Of a stretch of DNA of 64,000 nucleotides, positions 1 through 16,291 are shown piece by piece. The position numbers and the translations under genes are program-made. The stretch is from the human T2T-CHM13v2.0 reference genome, Homo sapiens. Location of the stretch: assembly GCF_009914755.1 (NCBI RefSeq), contig NC_060930.1, one strand, 5' to 3'. Positions within the stretch are counted from its first letter, which is position 1. The number at the start of each line of letters is the position of its first letter. The notes below the pieces were generated by a model, which was not told the origin of the DNA, searched no databases, and saw only the letters and a program-made list of their open reading frames with translations.

Positions 1-990
1 TCCTGCTTTTATTGTTACACCTTCCTCCAACTGCATCTACTGAACATCTATTATATGCATGGTACCAACGAGAAATCAGCATCCAACTGTTTTCCCCCTT
101 CCTCTTATCTGAAAACACAGAACAGCGTTAGATAATTTAAAATGAAAACAGCAAAAGTGACCAATAATAACACCGTATTAACCTGGTTAAGTTTTCTGGA
201 TTCTGGATTTCTTGTGAGTTTTTCTCCATGTACATATATTTTTGTAATATTGTACTCATAGTAAATGTAATTTTGTGGAGCTTATTCTTATATGACTACA
301 CTGCCTTTAGAGATGAATCTTAATTTTCAGGCATTTGGTTGTGGGATGCTTAGGCTATGAGAAGCTGGATCTCAACATTTAAAGCAGGATCATTTAAAAT
401 GAGGAGTCAATTGTGTTACTTCACATGTGTTTCATTTGAAACAGTATATCATTATGCTACTATGATAACTACAGCAAATCCTCCTTAGGACTGATTTAAG
501 CATTGAATAAATGAAGTTAAAATTGAGTACACTGCCATTTTCAGTGCTTCTTGACTTCTACACACTTATCAACTACTACAAATCTGATGGCATCCACTTT
601 CCAGTGGGTTAGCTTTCACCTCGACAGGTCTCAAGGTTCTTCTGATGGGATTTTAGTCCATGGCAATCACCACCATTTGAGCACAGTCACCTAGTATAGC
701 TGGATATTTAAAGAAAAGAAAAAAAAGAGAAGCTAATGGCTTTTCACACATGCACTGAAAAAAATTAATAACCTGATAATTTCTGGCAAAGGAGAAAATT
801 TTTTTTCCTTATAAGACTGCAAAGTTCAACATTATGTGATTTATCTCAGTGACCTGTAAGTAGTGCCTATAATTGTTAAAAATAACCATCAAGCTGGCTT
901 TTAAGAAGCTTCATTATGGTACTGCTAATACAATGCCCAACTCCATTACTTTTTTCTACATAACCTTAAAACAGAGCCAGTTCATTCCTA

Positions 991-1387
<397 letters not shown>

Positions 1388-1400
1388 AAGAAGAAAAGTG

Positions 1401-1716
<316 letters not shown>

Positions 1717-2318
1717 AAGAAAAGTACAGGAACATGACTCTTAAATAAGCCACCATTTCAGTGGATGCATTTATTGAATTGATGCTTTCAGTAAGTTGTT
1801 TCTCATTGTATGCATCATGTTAAAAGTTGTATTTAATCCACAGGTTTAATGATTAATTTCTTCCAGTTAGGGTAAAAATATAGTATTATAGAGTTTATAG
1901 TAATAGTGTTGATTTCAACTTACGATGGAGTAAACAGGTTTTGTAATTGCCTTGGGAAAGCCAGAACAGAAAAAGTAATTCTATCAGCAACATGGAAGCA
2001 AAATGAGTAGATGACTTCTTTTATCTGGGAAGCACATTTTCAATCATGAGTTCATGATTGACAAGTGTGAGTTTGTTTGGCTGGGGCAGGGTTCCGTGTG
2101 ACTGACCTATCTTTTTAGGTTCATTCGTGTTGACCAATCTTTATGGATCTGGGAGCAGTAAGTCAACCTAGAATCACCAAATTTGGCTACTTATATGGTG
2201 ACATCACAGCGCACCAAAACGTACATCAAAACCACTGAATCTGTTGGTTTCATGGGGTTCTGCTTGGGTAAGGACCCAGCCACACAGTTATAAGATGAAA
2301 TCAAGAGTTGAGGTGCTA

Positions 2319-2633
<315 letters not shown>

Positions 2634-2689
2634 TTGAGGTGGTAGTTGCACAAACCTACCTGTGATAAGTAGAGCTATACGCATACACT

Positions 2690-2840
2690 GTAGCAAAGTC
2701 AATTTCCTGGTTTTGGTACTGTACTCTAGCTATGCAAGAGGTAGCCATTTGGAAAAAGCTGGTGAAGGGTACCTGGGACCTTTCTGTGCTATGTTTACAA
2801 CTTCCTGTGTATCCGTAACTATTTCAAAATAAAAAGTAAA
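2690..2840 (+). mobile_element. Old L1 (L1M-type) 3' end fragment
   Basis: ggtgaagggtacctgggacctttctgtgctatgtttacaacttcctgtgtatccgtaactatttcaaaataaaaagt resembles the recalled L1MC/MD 3' terminus. Confidence 0.6.
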
Positions 2841-3253
2841 GCACACATGAAATCAAGAGGACTATTATTTCCTCGGGGAGACTGGCAGAAGTTGGCTGCA
2901 CAGTGGCTTCAAGCTGGAGGGAGATTTGGCTTCTATGAGGGCATGTGCGAGTCTAGCTCTCCAGATACCTTAGATGAAGGCCACTGGCCTGGGGATGGGG
3001 CCGGGGGCACTCACTGCCTCCCTCACTGGCAGCTGGACAGTGACTCCACACCATGGGGCCGGGGAGGTGGCAACATAGGTGCATGAGAGGGGGACTGCCC
3101 CCACCCTGCATATCTGCTGGCGCTGAAATTCTCTCAGGACAGCTCAGCCCTGCTTTCCAGAAGATGAGAGGACTTCACAAAGCTGCCCACTGCCACTGAG
3201 CAAACAGAATGTCCTGTGCAGGGAAAGCAGCAGAAGGGCCCAGAAACAGCCAG

Positions 3254-3324
3254 TAGCCAGGCGTGGTGGTGGGCGCCTGTAGTCCCAGCTACTTGGGAGG
3301 CTGGGCAGCAGCCTGGGCAGCAAG
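3254..3324 (+). mobile_element. Short, internally deleted, tail-less Alu right-arm fragment
   Basis: tagccaggcgtggtggtgggcgcctgtagtcccagctacttgggaggctgggcag joined to cagcctgggcagcaag. Confidence 0.8.
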
Positions 3325-5092
3325 GTCAAGTGCAGGCTGCTGTGGCACTGGGCGCTGCCCCTGGCTGTGCAATCCCAGGGCTCTGGGTGAGAGGTGAACC
3401 GAGACTCACATCTGCCCTTGCTGGGTTCCACCACCTTCTGGCAAAGAGCATTATTGGTTCAATGTTAATGCCACGGCCTCCCCCTAGCAGCACAAGCCCA
3501 GCCTCCGCTCACCCAGCCCCCTAGTGAGGTGAACCACGGCTCCTGTCCAGGGGCCCATTGCAAGTTTCCACACATCCTCCTGCCTGCTGCAGAGGGCCGG
3601 CGGTGTGCCTTGATACTTGGCTATGCATCCCATCCACCTCTAGCAGCCCCTGGCAGCTGCCTTGCACAGAAGAGTCACCTGGTGAACACTGACTGAATTG
3701 AGTCAAATAGAAAGCAGCTCTCACTCAGAGAGCAGCCCTCCACACCAATGTCAGGGAGAGGAAGGCTGAGCACAAGAGAATCTCCCTCTGTCCACAGAAA
3801 TGCCTGAGCATGGAACTCTGGGAAAACTGCACTCGTGTCCAGATGCAAGTAAATGATAAACTCCTCGAGACTTCAGACAGAGAGCATAGACATTTATAGC
3901 GCAATGTACTTGTAACACCCAGAGACAATAAGCCCTCTTGCCAAGTCTTTGCTTTGGGAGTATAGGCTAATTGAGGGAGATTGCACTGTTAGTGAAAAAA
4001 GTGGAATGTTTAATACCAAGTAGGGAGGGGGTCTGCCTTTCCAAGCTGGGGAAGTAGGGAGGAGAGAGGAGGTTTGTGTGGATGGTGCTGTTCAAGGTTC
4101 CCCTCTGAATCCTGCTCACCTTTAAATACCTCTGGCAGGCCTGCATAAAGGGCCCATTTCCCTTCCTCATCTAGTCGAAAATACCAGCAGGATTGCTCTG
4201 AATGAGGAGACAGGAGCCTCCATTAAAATGCAGACGCCAATTACTCTGCAGGATGGGCACTAAGCTTATCCTCCAGACTTTTACTGGTCTAGCAATGTTG
4301 ATTAGTATCAGGGTAGTAACATATCTCCCTCCAAAGCGTGGAGAGCTCAGAGGGGAGGGATATAGTGAAAGACAGGTGGATTCAGCATGATCAGATCTGG
4401 ATGGGCTGAGCCCAAGGAGAATGTGGGCTGGAGATCAGGAACAGGCAGGTGTGATGGAGAACTTACAAGGGTACCATGAAAGGGAAGAGATATAAACAAG
4501 CAAAAAGATATGAGCTTATCTGTTACGTATTTCTTTACAATTTTACATAAGGTTAGTCCTTATGGTGTACTAGAATAATTTCCATTTATGTGCAAGGTAA
4601 GATCATTTTTACATTTAGCCATCATCTTCATTGACGATGCAATTCTTAGAGTACCTTAGAGAATCTAGAGGAAATAGAGTGGTGGCCTTCAGCGCATTCC
4701 TCCATCTTATTCTCCTGCCCACACCCAGGACCAGAAGAAGAACACATTGTCATTCAGTCTGATACCACCTCAAAGAAGCAGGGTTTGGTAACAATTAGAA
4801 GGTGAAAGAGAAAAATCACCTAAGCTGATCTAATTTCTTTCTAAAGGGAGGAAGTGTATTAATTGAGGGTGGGGAGGAGGAATAGCTTGAGGAAACTTGT
4901 GTTTCCAAGAAACAGCCTCACCAGTAGAGATTGTCTGTGGTTTGCCTGTTCTTGCTGTAGGCAGGTGCACAGTTGATGGAAGGCCATGCTTATGAGTCTT
5001 CGATGACAAATGATGGGTACATGATGGGTTGAAACTCTCCTGAGCTTTCTTCACTTTCTTGGCTTCTCTCTATGCTCAAATCTCTCTATGCA

Positions 5093-5417
<325 letters not shown>

Positions 5418-8400
5418 TGAAATATTCTAGGAGGAGGAAAAAAAAATCTGACCATATCCAAAGGTTAGTAGTTAATAGCTAAATATCAACAAAGAGGATA
5501 CAGCTAAAGATTCCCAAAAATTTGAGTCCTGGGTCTTATTTAATTGGTGACTTGAATAACATATTTGAAAGTAGGCTCATGAATCTACAGATGAATCTTC
5601 AAAATACCTTTATTATGATAAAAGAGAAATCTAATGCTGATGAGTAGGCTTGACTTATGATGAGAAAGCTGTTCTTCCAAATCAAAATGTAGTGAAGACA
5701 TTTTACATAAAGACACAAGAAACTCCGCATAGTCATCTTTGTATCACAGATGCTTACCTAGTATCTGACATAGGGTCAATACCCATAAATGCTTCTTGAA
5801 ATCAGGGTTCAGTTAGACACAAAGCTACAGAGCTTAATTAAACATATAACAAGATCATTGGTCATTATTACGAATAAACTCATGTTTACTGGCCTCTTCT
5901 CCCGTATGTGAAGAGGGATTTCTTATTAATCCCGGGTCTTAAATGAGTTTGTCCTCAGCAGGATCTCAAAGTCATAAGAGAGCTACAAAGATTGACAATT
6001 ATTAGACAGTGTCAGAGTTGGGGGTGAGTCTTAGGTTGGGTTGATGAAGCAGGAGACTTCTAGTTCTCAAGAAAATGAAGAATAAGAGAGTGCAAACAGT
6101 GACCATATATGAGCAACGTATTACCCATTTGCCTACATATATTCATTTTGCACTATATGGAATTACATATTTTTCATTTCCAAGAATTTGTTGCTCATCC
6201 ATTGTTGCAGGTCTGACAAATTACCGAAAGCAAAGCATAAAACTAGGATAGAAATCCCATTGTGTTAAAGTTCCATGGAAATTATGCAGAAACTCAACTG
6301 CACAGAAGAGTGCATTAAAGATACAGTGGTTGCCCTGGGGAAGCTTGCTTTCTTCTTAAGTATTAAACATGTCATTTTCATATTTGAGCAAAAACCTGAA
6401 TAAACTCTGCCCTCAAAGAAATGAAAGATAACCACTGACTGTGCACTTCATATAAGCTTCACTGCTACATTTTAAAGTATCCTGAATAGTCCCATGATGT
6501 TAAGATAGCAACACTTTATTATACACATTACTAACGTGGCAAGCTCTGAAGGTCAGGGAGTGGCTGGCTGGTCTTCAGCTTGACCCATTTGGGAGGTCCA
6601 TTTTCATCTTTGGATTATCTGGCCTCTCAGTTTGATTACTGGGGCCATAAACAGCTTTCCCGTGAGAGCTGAGGTGAACATTTCTTGCTCATTAGGCCTC
6701 TTCCAGACAAGCCTCCCTTGCATGCAATGAATATGCACTTGATGCCCAGTGAACATGCACTTGATACTCAATCATTGTTCTTGACTTGACATTCTGGTTG
6801 ATTATCAGACATGTACTCCATCAGAACAGAGATGCAAACTGAGGATCTTGAATTTTGTTAGTTTCATTCCAGAGAAAGCTCTGTTGGGGCTGGGAGGGGT
6901 GGCAGAACGGATGTGGACGGCGAATATTGATGCGGTGTGTGTGTATATAATGTTCTCCTGGGAGAGGTGTTTCTTAAAAAGCCGAGTTGGTTTTCAACGT
7001 GATATTTAACCGAATGCTGCCAAATTGTGCTACCTCCCCAGCACGTTAAAAAAATCCATTAATAAAGTGTTTGTTGTTGTCAGAATGCCTATTCCAAAGC
7101 TTGGGCTGTGTGAAGGGCTGACTCCCCACAAGAGACCGATGACAGGCGAGGGAGGTAGAGGAGAGGGCTGAAGATGGATATGTGCTGCCTTGCTGACAAG
7201 TGGTGAGGACAAGCGAGGCGATGGATCAGTAGAATTTTCCATTAAATCAAGAAAAACACAACTTGCCCCCCAACATCACCTCTGATGGTTTCTTAGACCA
7301 GCTGCTTCTCTGACTCCCTACTGAGGAACAAATTGCTTTCCTGGCGGGACATTTGGACACTCCTGCATTAATAGATATGGATCCCAGCATGCCAAGCCAA
7401 GCAAGAAGGCAATTTAATATGAGCAACACTGTCATCTCAATTTAGGACAACAGCTAGAATGCCCTACAGGGCACTGCAACAGCTTCGAGAAGTACACGAC
7501 AGAAGACATTCTCACTGTCTTGAGGCTAGAGAAAGCTGGTGTTTCTAGTAAACAGTCAGACCAAGGATAATAGAAAATGTAATGCAAAGATGACAGCAGC
7601 ATTGTCCTATCTGTGAACATCAGTTTCAATTCATGTGTCTTTCCCTTCCGTAGTGAACGGAGGTCCTGTGTAGGGTACTTCCCTTCTACCTCAATCCCAT
7701 CACAAAGACACAAACAAAAAGCCCAGTGACATCGTATCAATAAAGAAATAAGTAACATTAGATGACAGATGTTGTATACCTATGTTTGAGGAAGGTCAAA
7801 GTAAGAGGTAACTTCACGTTTGCATGTTCAAACTTACTTATCTATCTTTGATGCTATGCAAGACAAAATAAACGGAAGCCCTTTAAATTTCCACCTCCTA
7901 ACACTAGCCTGTATGCAAGAAAAATATATTCTTGCTTTTTAAAAAAAAACTCTAAATGCATTATGTTTTGGTACATACTTTAATATTAGTTTCTATTTTA
8001 TTTTTCCATAATAAAGACATGGTTGAATCCAGTGTATCTATTATGCTAAGATAATTTATGCTAGGATAATATTTTTGATAGGAATTCTCATAACAAATCA
8101 GCTTCATGTACCAATTACAAAATTGGGAGATAACTAAATTTTTATAAAACGTTTTGGCAATATCTACTGATACATCAGTTTATTTTAAGTCAGTGTGGTT
8201 TCTTATCAATCATATTGCCAGGGATTCATACATAAATTGAGAATAAAATATGTTCACATGTAACAAAAATACAAATGTATCTCCTGTTAGAGTCTCTCTA
8301 GATAGAGACAGAAAAAGTGACACAGTAGATTCACACTTGAGTTTGCTCACAGACAATGGCGATTCATATCAATTGCAATGCTTTTCATGGTGTCATTTTG

Positions 8401-9210
8401 CATTAGACACAAAATCGCAAAATAACTCAATTGGTCATTACCATGAACACTTCACCATGGAACTAGCTATGTGACAGCTCATAAGGCTATCATTATTATG
8501 TTGTCAAAAGTCCCTATTGCTAACATTTACTGTATGATGAAAAAGGTCTTTCCCCTATCTCATGTGTGTTTGATGAGGTGACATTGTTTTATAAATCAAT
8601 TTCATGGAGAGTAAGTATTTATCTTAAAATGGTATCCTTTTATCTTTCTCTGTTCCTCCTCTTCTCCCTCCTGTTACTGTTTTTCTTCTTCTTTTGCAAA
8701 ACATTTGAACACAGAAGCAAACCATTTTTCAAAATACCATCTGAGAAACCCATCAAGCATGGATAGCACCTGTGACCAGAGGAGAGCCTCTCAGCAAGAG
8801 AGAGACTGGGAATAACATTTCCCGTATCACTTGGGAAGTAAGAGGAAAAAAATGAACACAATTCAATCCATGAATTAAAAAAAATTTTTTTCCTATCCAG
8901 ATAGTTCTCATTATTTTTTCATTAAATATTTTTTAACATAAAAATCCCTTGTTTCCACTATTTTCTATTTGTGAAAAGGCAAGAAAATAATACCAGCTTT
9001 CTGTGCATAGATCTATCACAGCACTTCCAAAAGGATGTTGGAATTATTTTAGATCGTGGACTCCCTGAGCAGCAAGGGTGGTCCAGTCTTGTATTTCCAG
9101 CACCCATGAAAAATGACTCCATATAATATTGGGCAGAAGTGCTCTGAATGAAATGCTCCCAAATAGAAAAAAATTGTTTTGTGTATCTATAGGAAGATAT
9201 TTCAGAATTA

Positions 9211-9433
9211 TATTTTATTTTTTTATTTTTCCAGAGACAGGGTCTCACTCTGTTGCCCAGGCTGGAGTGCAATGGCATGAACATAGCTCACTGTAGTCTC
9301 GAACTCCTGGGCTCAAGTGATCCTCTTGCCTCAGTCTCCCAAGTAGCTAGAACTACGGCTGCATGCCCCTGTGCTCAGCTAATTTTTTTTAGTATATTTG
9401 GTAGAAACGGGGCCTCACTATGCTGCCCAGGCT
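9211..9433 (-). mobile_element. 5'-truncated AluJ-like
   Basis: gagacagggtctcactctgttgcccaggctggagtgc...ctcctgggctcaagtgatcctc (J-type motifs). Confidence 0.9.
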
Positions 9434-10000
9434 CAAAACTATCTTTAGACTCAACAATAGTTAAAACCAAAAATAGTTTAAATTGAAGGTTTTGAATTCC
9501 AGAGGGATTATGCTTTTCGGAGCTGAATTTCCTCAAACAACCGTAACCTCATCTGCTTGCATAGCATATAATATTTATCAAATACTAAACAAAAAATGGT
9601 GAATCTGGAGGTGAAGAGATATTTCTGCAAAGGAGTCTTGATGATTAAAAGTTTTCAAAATTATACCTTCACCTCTTATCAGTGCACAACATCGTAAGAG
9701 TTTGGAGGGAGACACTCATCTGCTTTCCTTCCCAATGAGTAGGTGTACGCAGGACGGAGCCTGTCAGAAGAGCAGGGCTGGCTGCTGTCCTTGCATCCGT
9801 TTGATGTAGGAGATCACAGGAAACAATGTGAAATTCTGCAGCCTGGTTTTAAAATTTCTTACATCTTTTACACATTTCAAAACATCAAATATGTTTGTTG
9901 TAGCTTGTTCTTACCTCTATTCTGCCTAAGCAAATGATATTTCATCTCTTAATGTGAAAATAAGATTTTTGAGTTGACACATTCATTCATTTTCTAAAAG

Positions 10001-10031
<31 letters not shown>

Positions 10032-10035
10032 TGTG
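10001..10035. repeat. (GT)n microsatellite
   Basis: Read directly; one interruption. Confidence 0.95.
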
Positions 10036-10960
10036 AGTAGGGTTCTGTGTGAGATGGACGGGTGAAGCCATAAGGATATATAGTATAAAGCCATCCTTTA
10101 TAAAACAGGACAACAAATCTTACACTAAAAATTTGCTCTGTAGAGTTGCAAGCCTCAGAAAGTTTAGGAGTGTCACCTGTCCTGTTCCTGGGCCTGGAGA
10201 TGAGGGTCCACCTCTCCCAGGTCCTGAGGACTTTCCTCCTGGAGCCTAGCCTGCCAGTGAGTAGGCTGCTCTGATCTCTTCTCCCTGCACTCCAACATCT
10301 TGCTTTCAGCTTTGCCCTCTAAATACTGGAATAAAAGGGCCAACAGGTCAGGGATATTGGGAGCAGGAGAACTGTGGTGCTGCATGAATTTAAGGGATGT
10401 TTTTATTATAAGATCAGAGAAGGAAAAATGATCAGAAAGCAAAGAGAGGAAAAGTTTAGTTTATGAGAAGGCTGTAGGAGGCAGTTCCCGGAGCCTAAGT
10501 ATTAAAATATGAACAGAGACAAGAGAACCTACCTGCACTTAGTATCCCTGTACTTGGGATCTTTGAAGGCTATACTATTTTAAAAAATTATTCTATTCAG
10601 CGCATTGCATCAGAAATGCTTCTATGTTAATCTGGAAATAGGTGTTCTAATTATAGATGCTAAAAATGTTCTGTATACTACTTGGCTATAGAATAGCCTA
10701 CAGATATAATAAAAAATAATTATTTAAAGTAATTTTTGGAAAACAACCCAATAACTTAGATAATGTTATTAATATGGGTATCAAATATTTTAAATCTAAT
10801 TATACCAATGTCTCAAATATATAACAAATATAACAGAAAAGATTAACTGAAAGATAGGTTTAAGTTGCCTGTAACCCAAATCTGTGTATATAAGCAATTT
10901 AGTATTGTGTATCTTCTAAAGACCACTGCTTGAATACAATTAAATGATCACTCACATATA

Positions 10961-11138
10961 ATAGTGGGCTGATAAACCAGCTCTTTTCCAACCTTCCTAA
11001 AAAAAAAGGTCAGTCCCATAAATACTCTCATCACAGTCAGTTTCAAGCTGCCAACATGAAGTTGCTGAACATGGAGCTGGAAAAAGATGTGCATAACTGG
11101 CTCCTGTGAACCTGGTACAGCTGGCTCCAGCCTCCAGT
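10961..11138 (-). mobile_element. MER63-like hAT DNA transposon relic
   Basis: Reverse complement gctggagccagctgtaccaggttcacaggagccagttatgcacatct...ctggtttatcagcccacta resembles recalled MER63A. Confidence 0.6.
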
Positions 11139-11577
11139 AGACACTCATGTGTTCAGACACATGCATGTGCGTGCACACAAACACACCTGTTCAACAGATT
11201 ACAGTTGCTTATTGTATTGTACTTGAGTATTGAATAATTGCTTCTTGCTTACTTTGAAAAGTACCTAAGCTACAACAATGGGCAAAAAGTTTCTCGAATG
11301 CACACAAACTAAAATATTAAGTGATATTTTCCTATTGTCTTCTTTTTTGTTGTCCTGTCTTGCTAATTCTTTCTTGTTTACATGCTATAACCATTAGAAG
11401 CTCTGCTAACATCTTAAATAAAATAGAAATATTAAAATATATATATAAATATAAGTAATATAAATAAATATAATGAAATAAAATCTCAAAGCATCAGTAA
11501 TTGCTACATGAGGAGCAAACCCTCTGATATAATTTTACATTTACTCATCCATTCATTTGCAAATGTTTGCTAAGCAC

Positions 11578-12205
11578 TGTAGGGGACAGAAAAGACTTTC
11601 TTTATCCTCTGAAGGTTCGATAATGTAGTCTATGAAATAAACTGACAGTAGACAGATCAACACGATAAAATACATACAAATTTATTACATACATATGCAT
11701 GAGAGTCCCTCAAAATATAAGGCTCAAAGAAGGGGTAGGTAATTGGAGTTTATATAGAATCCCTGGGCTACAGAAAGGAATAGAGGTTTGGGGTCTCTGG
11801 CTGGGAGGTGGTGACAGGTTATGGAAAGGTGAGGGGAGGAAATGTATGATGAACAAAGGCTATCTTGTTATACCGATAGAAAGCCTCAGGAGTAGTAAAA
11901 GTTGTTTCAGTGCATCTCTCAGAAGAATCTGTGATCACCTGTGACAGAGTCTGTCTGGGTAAGGTATCACCTCCAATCTTACCTCCTGTGATAAGATCTT
12001 CTCTGTTTCATGAGATTCCTATGACAATTATTTTCCTTTATAGATATAGATTTCTTTTACAAAAGAACAGCTATTCAGAGGCACTTCTGTGTCTGCAACT
12101 TCTCAGAATAACCAGCTCAAAATATGCCAAAGAAGTACATTCTGGGGTGGCATGTTCTGGTCTCCTACCATCATATTTTGGGGTGAAGTGTCTTGAGCCC
12201 CAACG
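11578..12205 (-). mobile_element. Solo ERV1 LTR, MER34/MER39 family
   Basis: - strand starts gttggggctcaagacacttcaccccaaaatatga...ggagaccagaacatgccacccca and ends ...ctaca; near-TSD gcac/gcat. Confidence 0.65.
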
Positions 12206-13559
12206 GCATCAAGTATGAACTTGGAGCCAGGGCTTTGGTGTACATTTCTGTAATTTGTGCTTCACACAAACAATTCCACCTATAAGGCCAGAAGGGCTGG
12301 GAAACAGGGCATTTCCCTCCCTGAACCTTACAACCTGCTGGATGCTATGCCCACATGAGGGAGGGGTGCCTTCTAATTCACAGCAAGATGCCTTCTGCTA
12401 CCAAGTGCTGTGGCCTCTCTCTGCCTGAGGGGTGGAGTGAGGAACATCTGCCCATGGGTAGTAGCACCTTGTAAAATCTAAAAGGTGGGGAGGCAAAGAG
12501 GACACGCACTGCATCTTCTTCCCTTGCACTTCCTTTTACTACTAGAATGAGAGTTTCCTCTTTCCGTGATGCTCTAATATTCCTAGTCAGGCCAAGCTAT
12601 TGCTAATCAGAACATTCTCCGGCTCTCCAGTCTTCTTTATTAGACTGGCCTCTACAGGGCTGGAGTCTCTTTTCTGACAGTGCCACTGAATCAGCTGTCT
12701 GAAGAACCCTTGCGGGAGACTGATGGACCTTCACAGACACCGTTTCTCTAGGTCAGCTCAGTTTACCCCAAGGCCACAGGCATTACTGCCTCCTTTAACA
12801 CAGCACTGCTTTTAAACATTTCTTTCCCCCCACTTAGTCCCCAGAGACTTAGAGTTAACTTGAATAAATTCCCCTAATCTGAGATTGAAAAGATAGAAAA
12901 GATAGAAATCTTTTCTTCCTTCAAAATACTTAACATATATTTGTGGGACAGAAGAATTTCCATAGATATAATATATGCATAAAATGTCACTGTTAAAGTA
13001 ATCCTCAGGGGAAAGATTTTTCATTTGTGACTTTACTTAGCCATGTCATATTGAGACAGGATTTTATTCTGATTGGTAGTTTTTGGTTTTCTCTTTCTGT
13101 TTAGTAATGAATACTGGTAAACCTCCCAGCTACAAATATCTCCTGATATGTTAAAGAAACAGAGTCTTCCATAGCTGTAGTGGGTGCACAGCTGTGGGAA
13201 CGCAATGTGGCCTCTCATACACTCCAGGAGCTGTTCCTCCACCCCTTCCATGAAGGAAAGGTGATGCCTTAACCCTTTTGGAGAGGTGAGCAGTCTTGAA
13301 GCCCTCAATAATATCCACCAGCACCCCAGCGAAAATGGGAAATAAGACAGGAACTTGGAGAACTCCCATTGAGAAAAGATCCTAGAAATCACAGCAGAGT
13401 GGCAGGGTCTTTCTCAACTGTGTCCAAGTGGAAATGGGGTTGTGTACAAATAGGGCCCCCTCATATAACACGCAACTGACTCCAGGGCACACCCATACTT
13501 TTAACGTCTGATTGCTTTCAAGAATGCTGTGAAAAGTTGTTGCGAGATACATGGGATTG

Positions 13560-13720
13560 AGACTTCTGCAGTAAAGGGTTGAGGTTAGACACTGAGTAAC
13601 TTCTTGTCAGTAAAAGGAATTAAACACTGCCTCAGGAGATGGTATAATTATCTCCTGGGGAGGTGACTTTTTGTCTTGAATGATTAGGTGAAGTCCAATG
13701 AGAATCTAAGAGGCTGGATG
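13560..13720 (+). mobile_element. CR1/L3 3' remnant
   Basis: gaggttagacactgagtaacttcttg...ctgcctcaggagatggt...ctggggaggt...agaggctggatg resembles the CR1/L3 3' region. Confidence 0.4.
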
Positions 13721-15377
13721 AAAATTCTTGGAAATTAAGCCACAACTGAAAAAAGGAGCCAAATAAATAAGGCCTTCTCTGGGGCCTCATACCGTGTACC
13801 AAGGGTCGAAGAAGTAAAGTTTGCCTGACTCATGATTCTAGCTTAGAAGGCAGGAATCCTGCTTTGTTTTATTTGAATTATTGCATTGATATTCACAACA
13901 ACAGTCTTGTTTGAATATCTTAATTTAGGAGTCTGCTACTTAAAACAGCTGTCTTATGTCTATGAGATATACGAGCCACAACCACAGACTCTACGCTGCG
14001 TTCCTCTCCCTAGTCACCGCATGCCTTCCTGTTCCAGTGAAATTTAGGGTATTGAAAGGCAAGAGTCTCATCTTCGAATATCTGATTTGATGAGTGATTG
14101 CTGGAAGTGGATGCCTTAGGGAAGGTGAGAAGACAATGATGGGGATGATGTTGACACCTGGTTGTGGCTGACGGCTGTGTCCCTCCAGCTGCCTCACCTG
14201 GGGCCGCAGTAAGCACCAAGTTCACAGGCTTAGTGAGGCGAGTCACACATTAGCCCATCTGCTCTGGTAATGTCAATACCAGCATGCAAGAAAGCTCCGA
14301 GTCTTAGAGATGGAAGAGGCCTCCTTTTGTAGAGGAACGGGAAACAGTGGCACAGGAAAGGTGAAATGGCTTACTTATGATCTCACAGCAATGGGACAGA
14401 GAAATGGCTGGTTTCTCTTCAAACTCACACAGTTTCAGTTCCAGTAATAAAACATCTAAACCTCCATATTTGGACGAAGTATAGTCTACTCATAGGATTA
14501 CGGCAACTCAGTTTAAGTGAGGCTGTTTTGGAAGAAGCTGTCCTACATATAAGTTGTCTTCTGCAAAATAAGACACAAAAATAGTTTTGAAATCAAAAAA
14601 GATTTATAAACATTATTGGTACAACTGATTTTTGTCTCTGGCTGGAAAATTTTTCATGGGTTACACATTCTTTCATATATTTCTCACATTTGAGAAGTGG
14701 AGATTTAATTGCTTACATTTTGATGATGAAGAAAAATACCACTTGACACAAATTAATGTCAATCCTTGAGGGACCAGTTCCTTTTCCACGGCATATATAA
14801 TAAAATAACACAGGAACATTAATCTACTTTGTAGAGTAGTGAAACTTATTGAGCATGTTATAAAAACAACAGAGCAGCAAAAGCATTTTACTTAAGAAGC
14901 ATTTAAAAAAAAAACCCTCATTCATTTCACACCACTCTGATGTTTTAGCCAACAGTTTTTTCACTGGGCCGTGGCTGTGCACACGGGCTTCTTGCCATCA
15001 CTTAAATGGACACTTCTCAAACTCTCCCTCACAGGTGTTCCTGGACAGCACAGGAAAGAGAACAAAGAGAACAAAAACTACTTGGATTGTCTGGAGGTCA
15101 TAGTCCAAAGGAAGGGTTGTAAATTTAGACATTTTTTGAAGATTCACGTGTTTGGTTCAATATAAAAGTATCATTCCCCACCCAGACCTGTCCCAGTGTC
15201 TAGGGAAATGCACCTTCTCCTGTGACATTGCATATCATCTTCCATATCAGGTACCCTGGTTTGAAAAATCATACTTTTAGAAGAAATTGCCCTTTCCATT
15301 TTCTTAACTGCTCTGGAGACCAGCAGGAATTGGAGCAGCCTCATTCCGTGTCGAAGAAGACCTATACGGCTTGCTTC

Positions 15378-15705
<328 letters not shown>

Positions 15706-15971
15706 TAAGAGAAAAAGGCTGTCATGCTGCTCTACTTCAGAGAACAGACCAATTTTTAGAGAGCTTCAACAATTTCTTTCTAATGATAATTCAAATCTTT
15801 ACCAAAATCCTAACACATCAAATTTCAGTTTCATATTTTCAACTACCTACGGGATATTTTATTGCTTCAAACAGAACATAGCACTCCACCATCTGATAAT
15901 AATGTTTATTTTACCTGAATGCAAGTTCCGTAAGTTCCATCATTTGCCCAGCCTTAATAATAATTGTGCAA

Positions 15972-16291
<320 letters not shown>

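Noticed and set aside
6727-6770. Short local duplications (also 24001-24020, 26175-26210, 56591-56609)
   Set aside because: Ordinary slippage duplications of 10-22 bp with no further structure.
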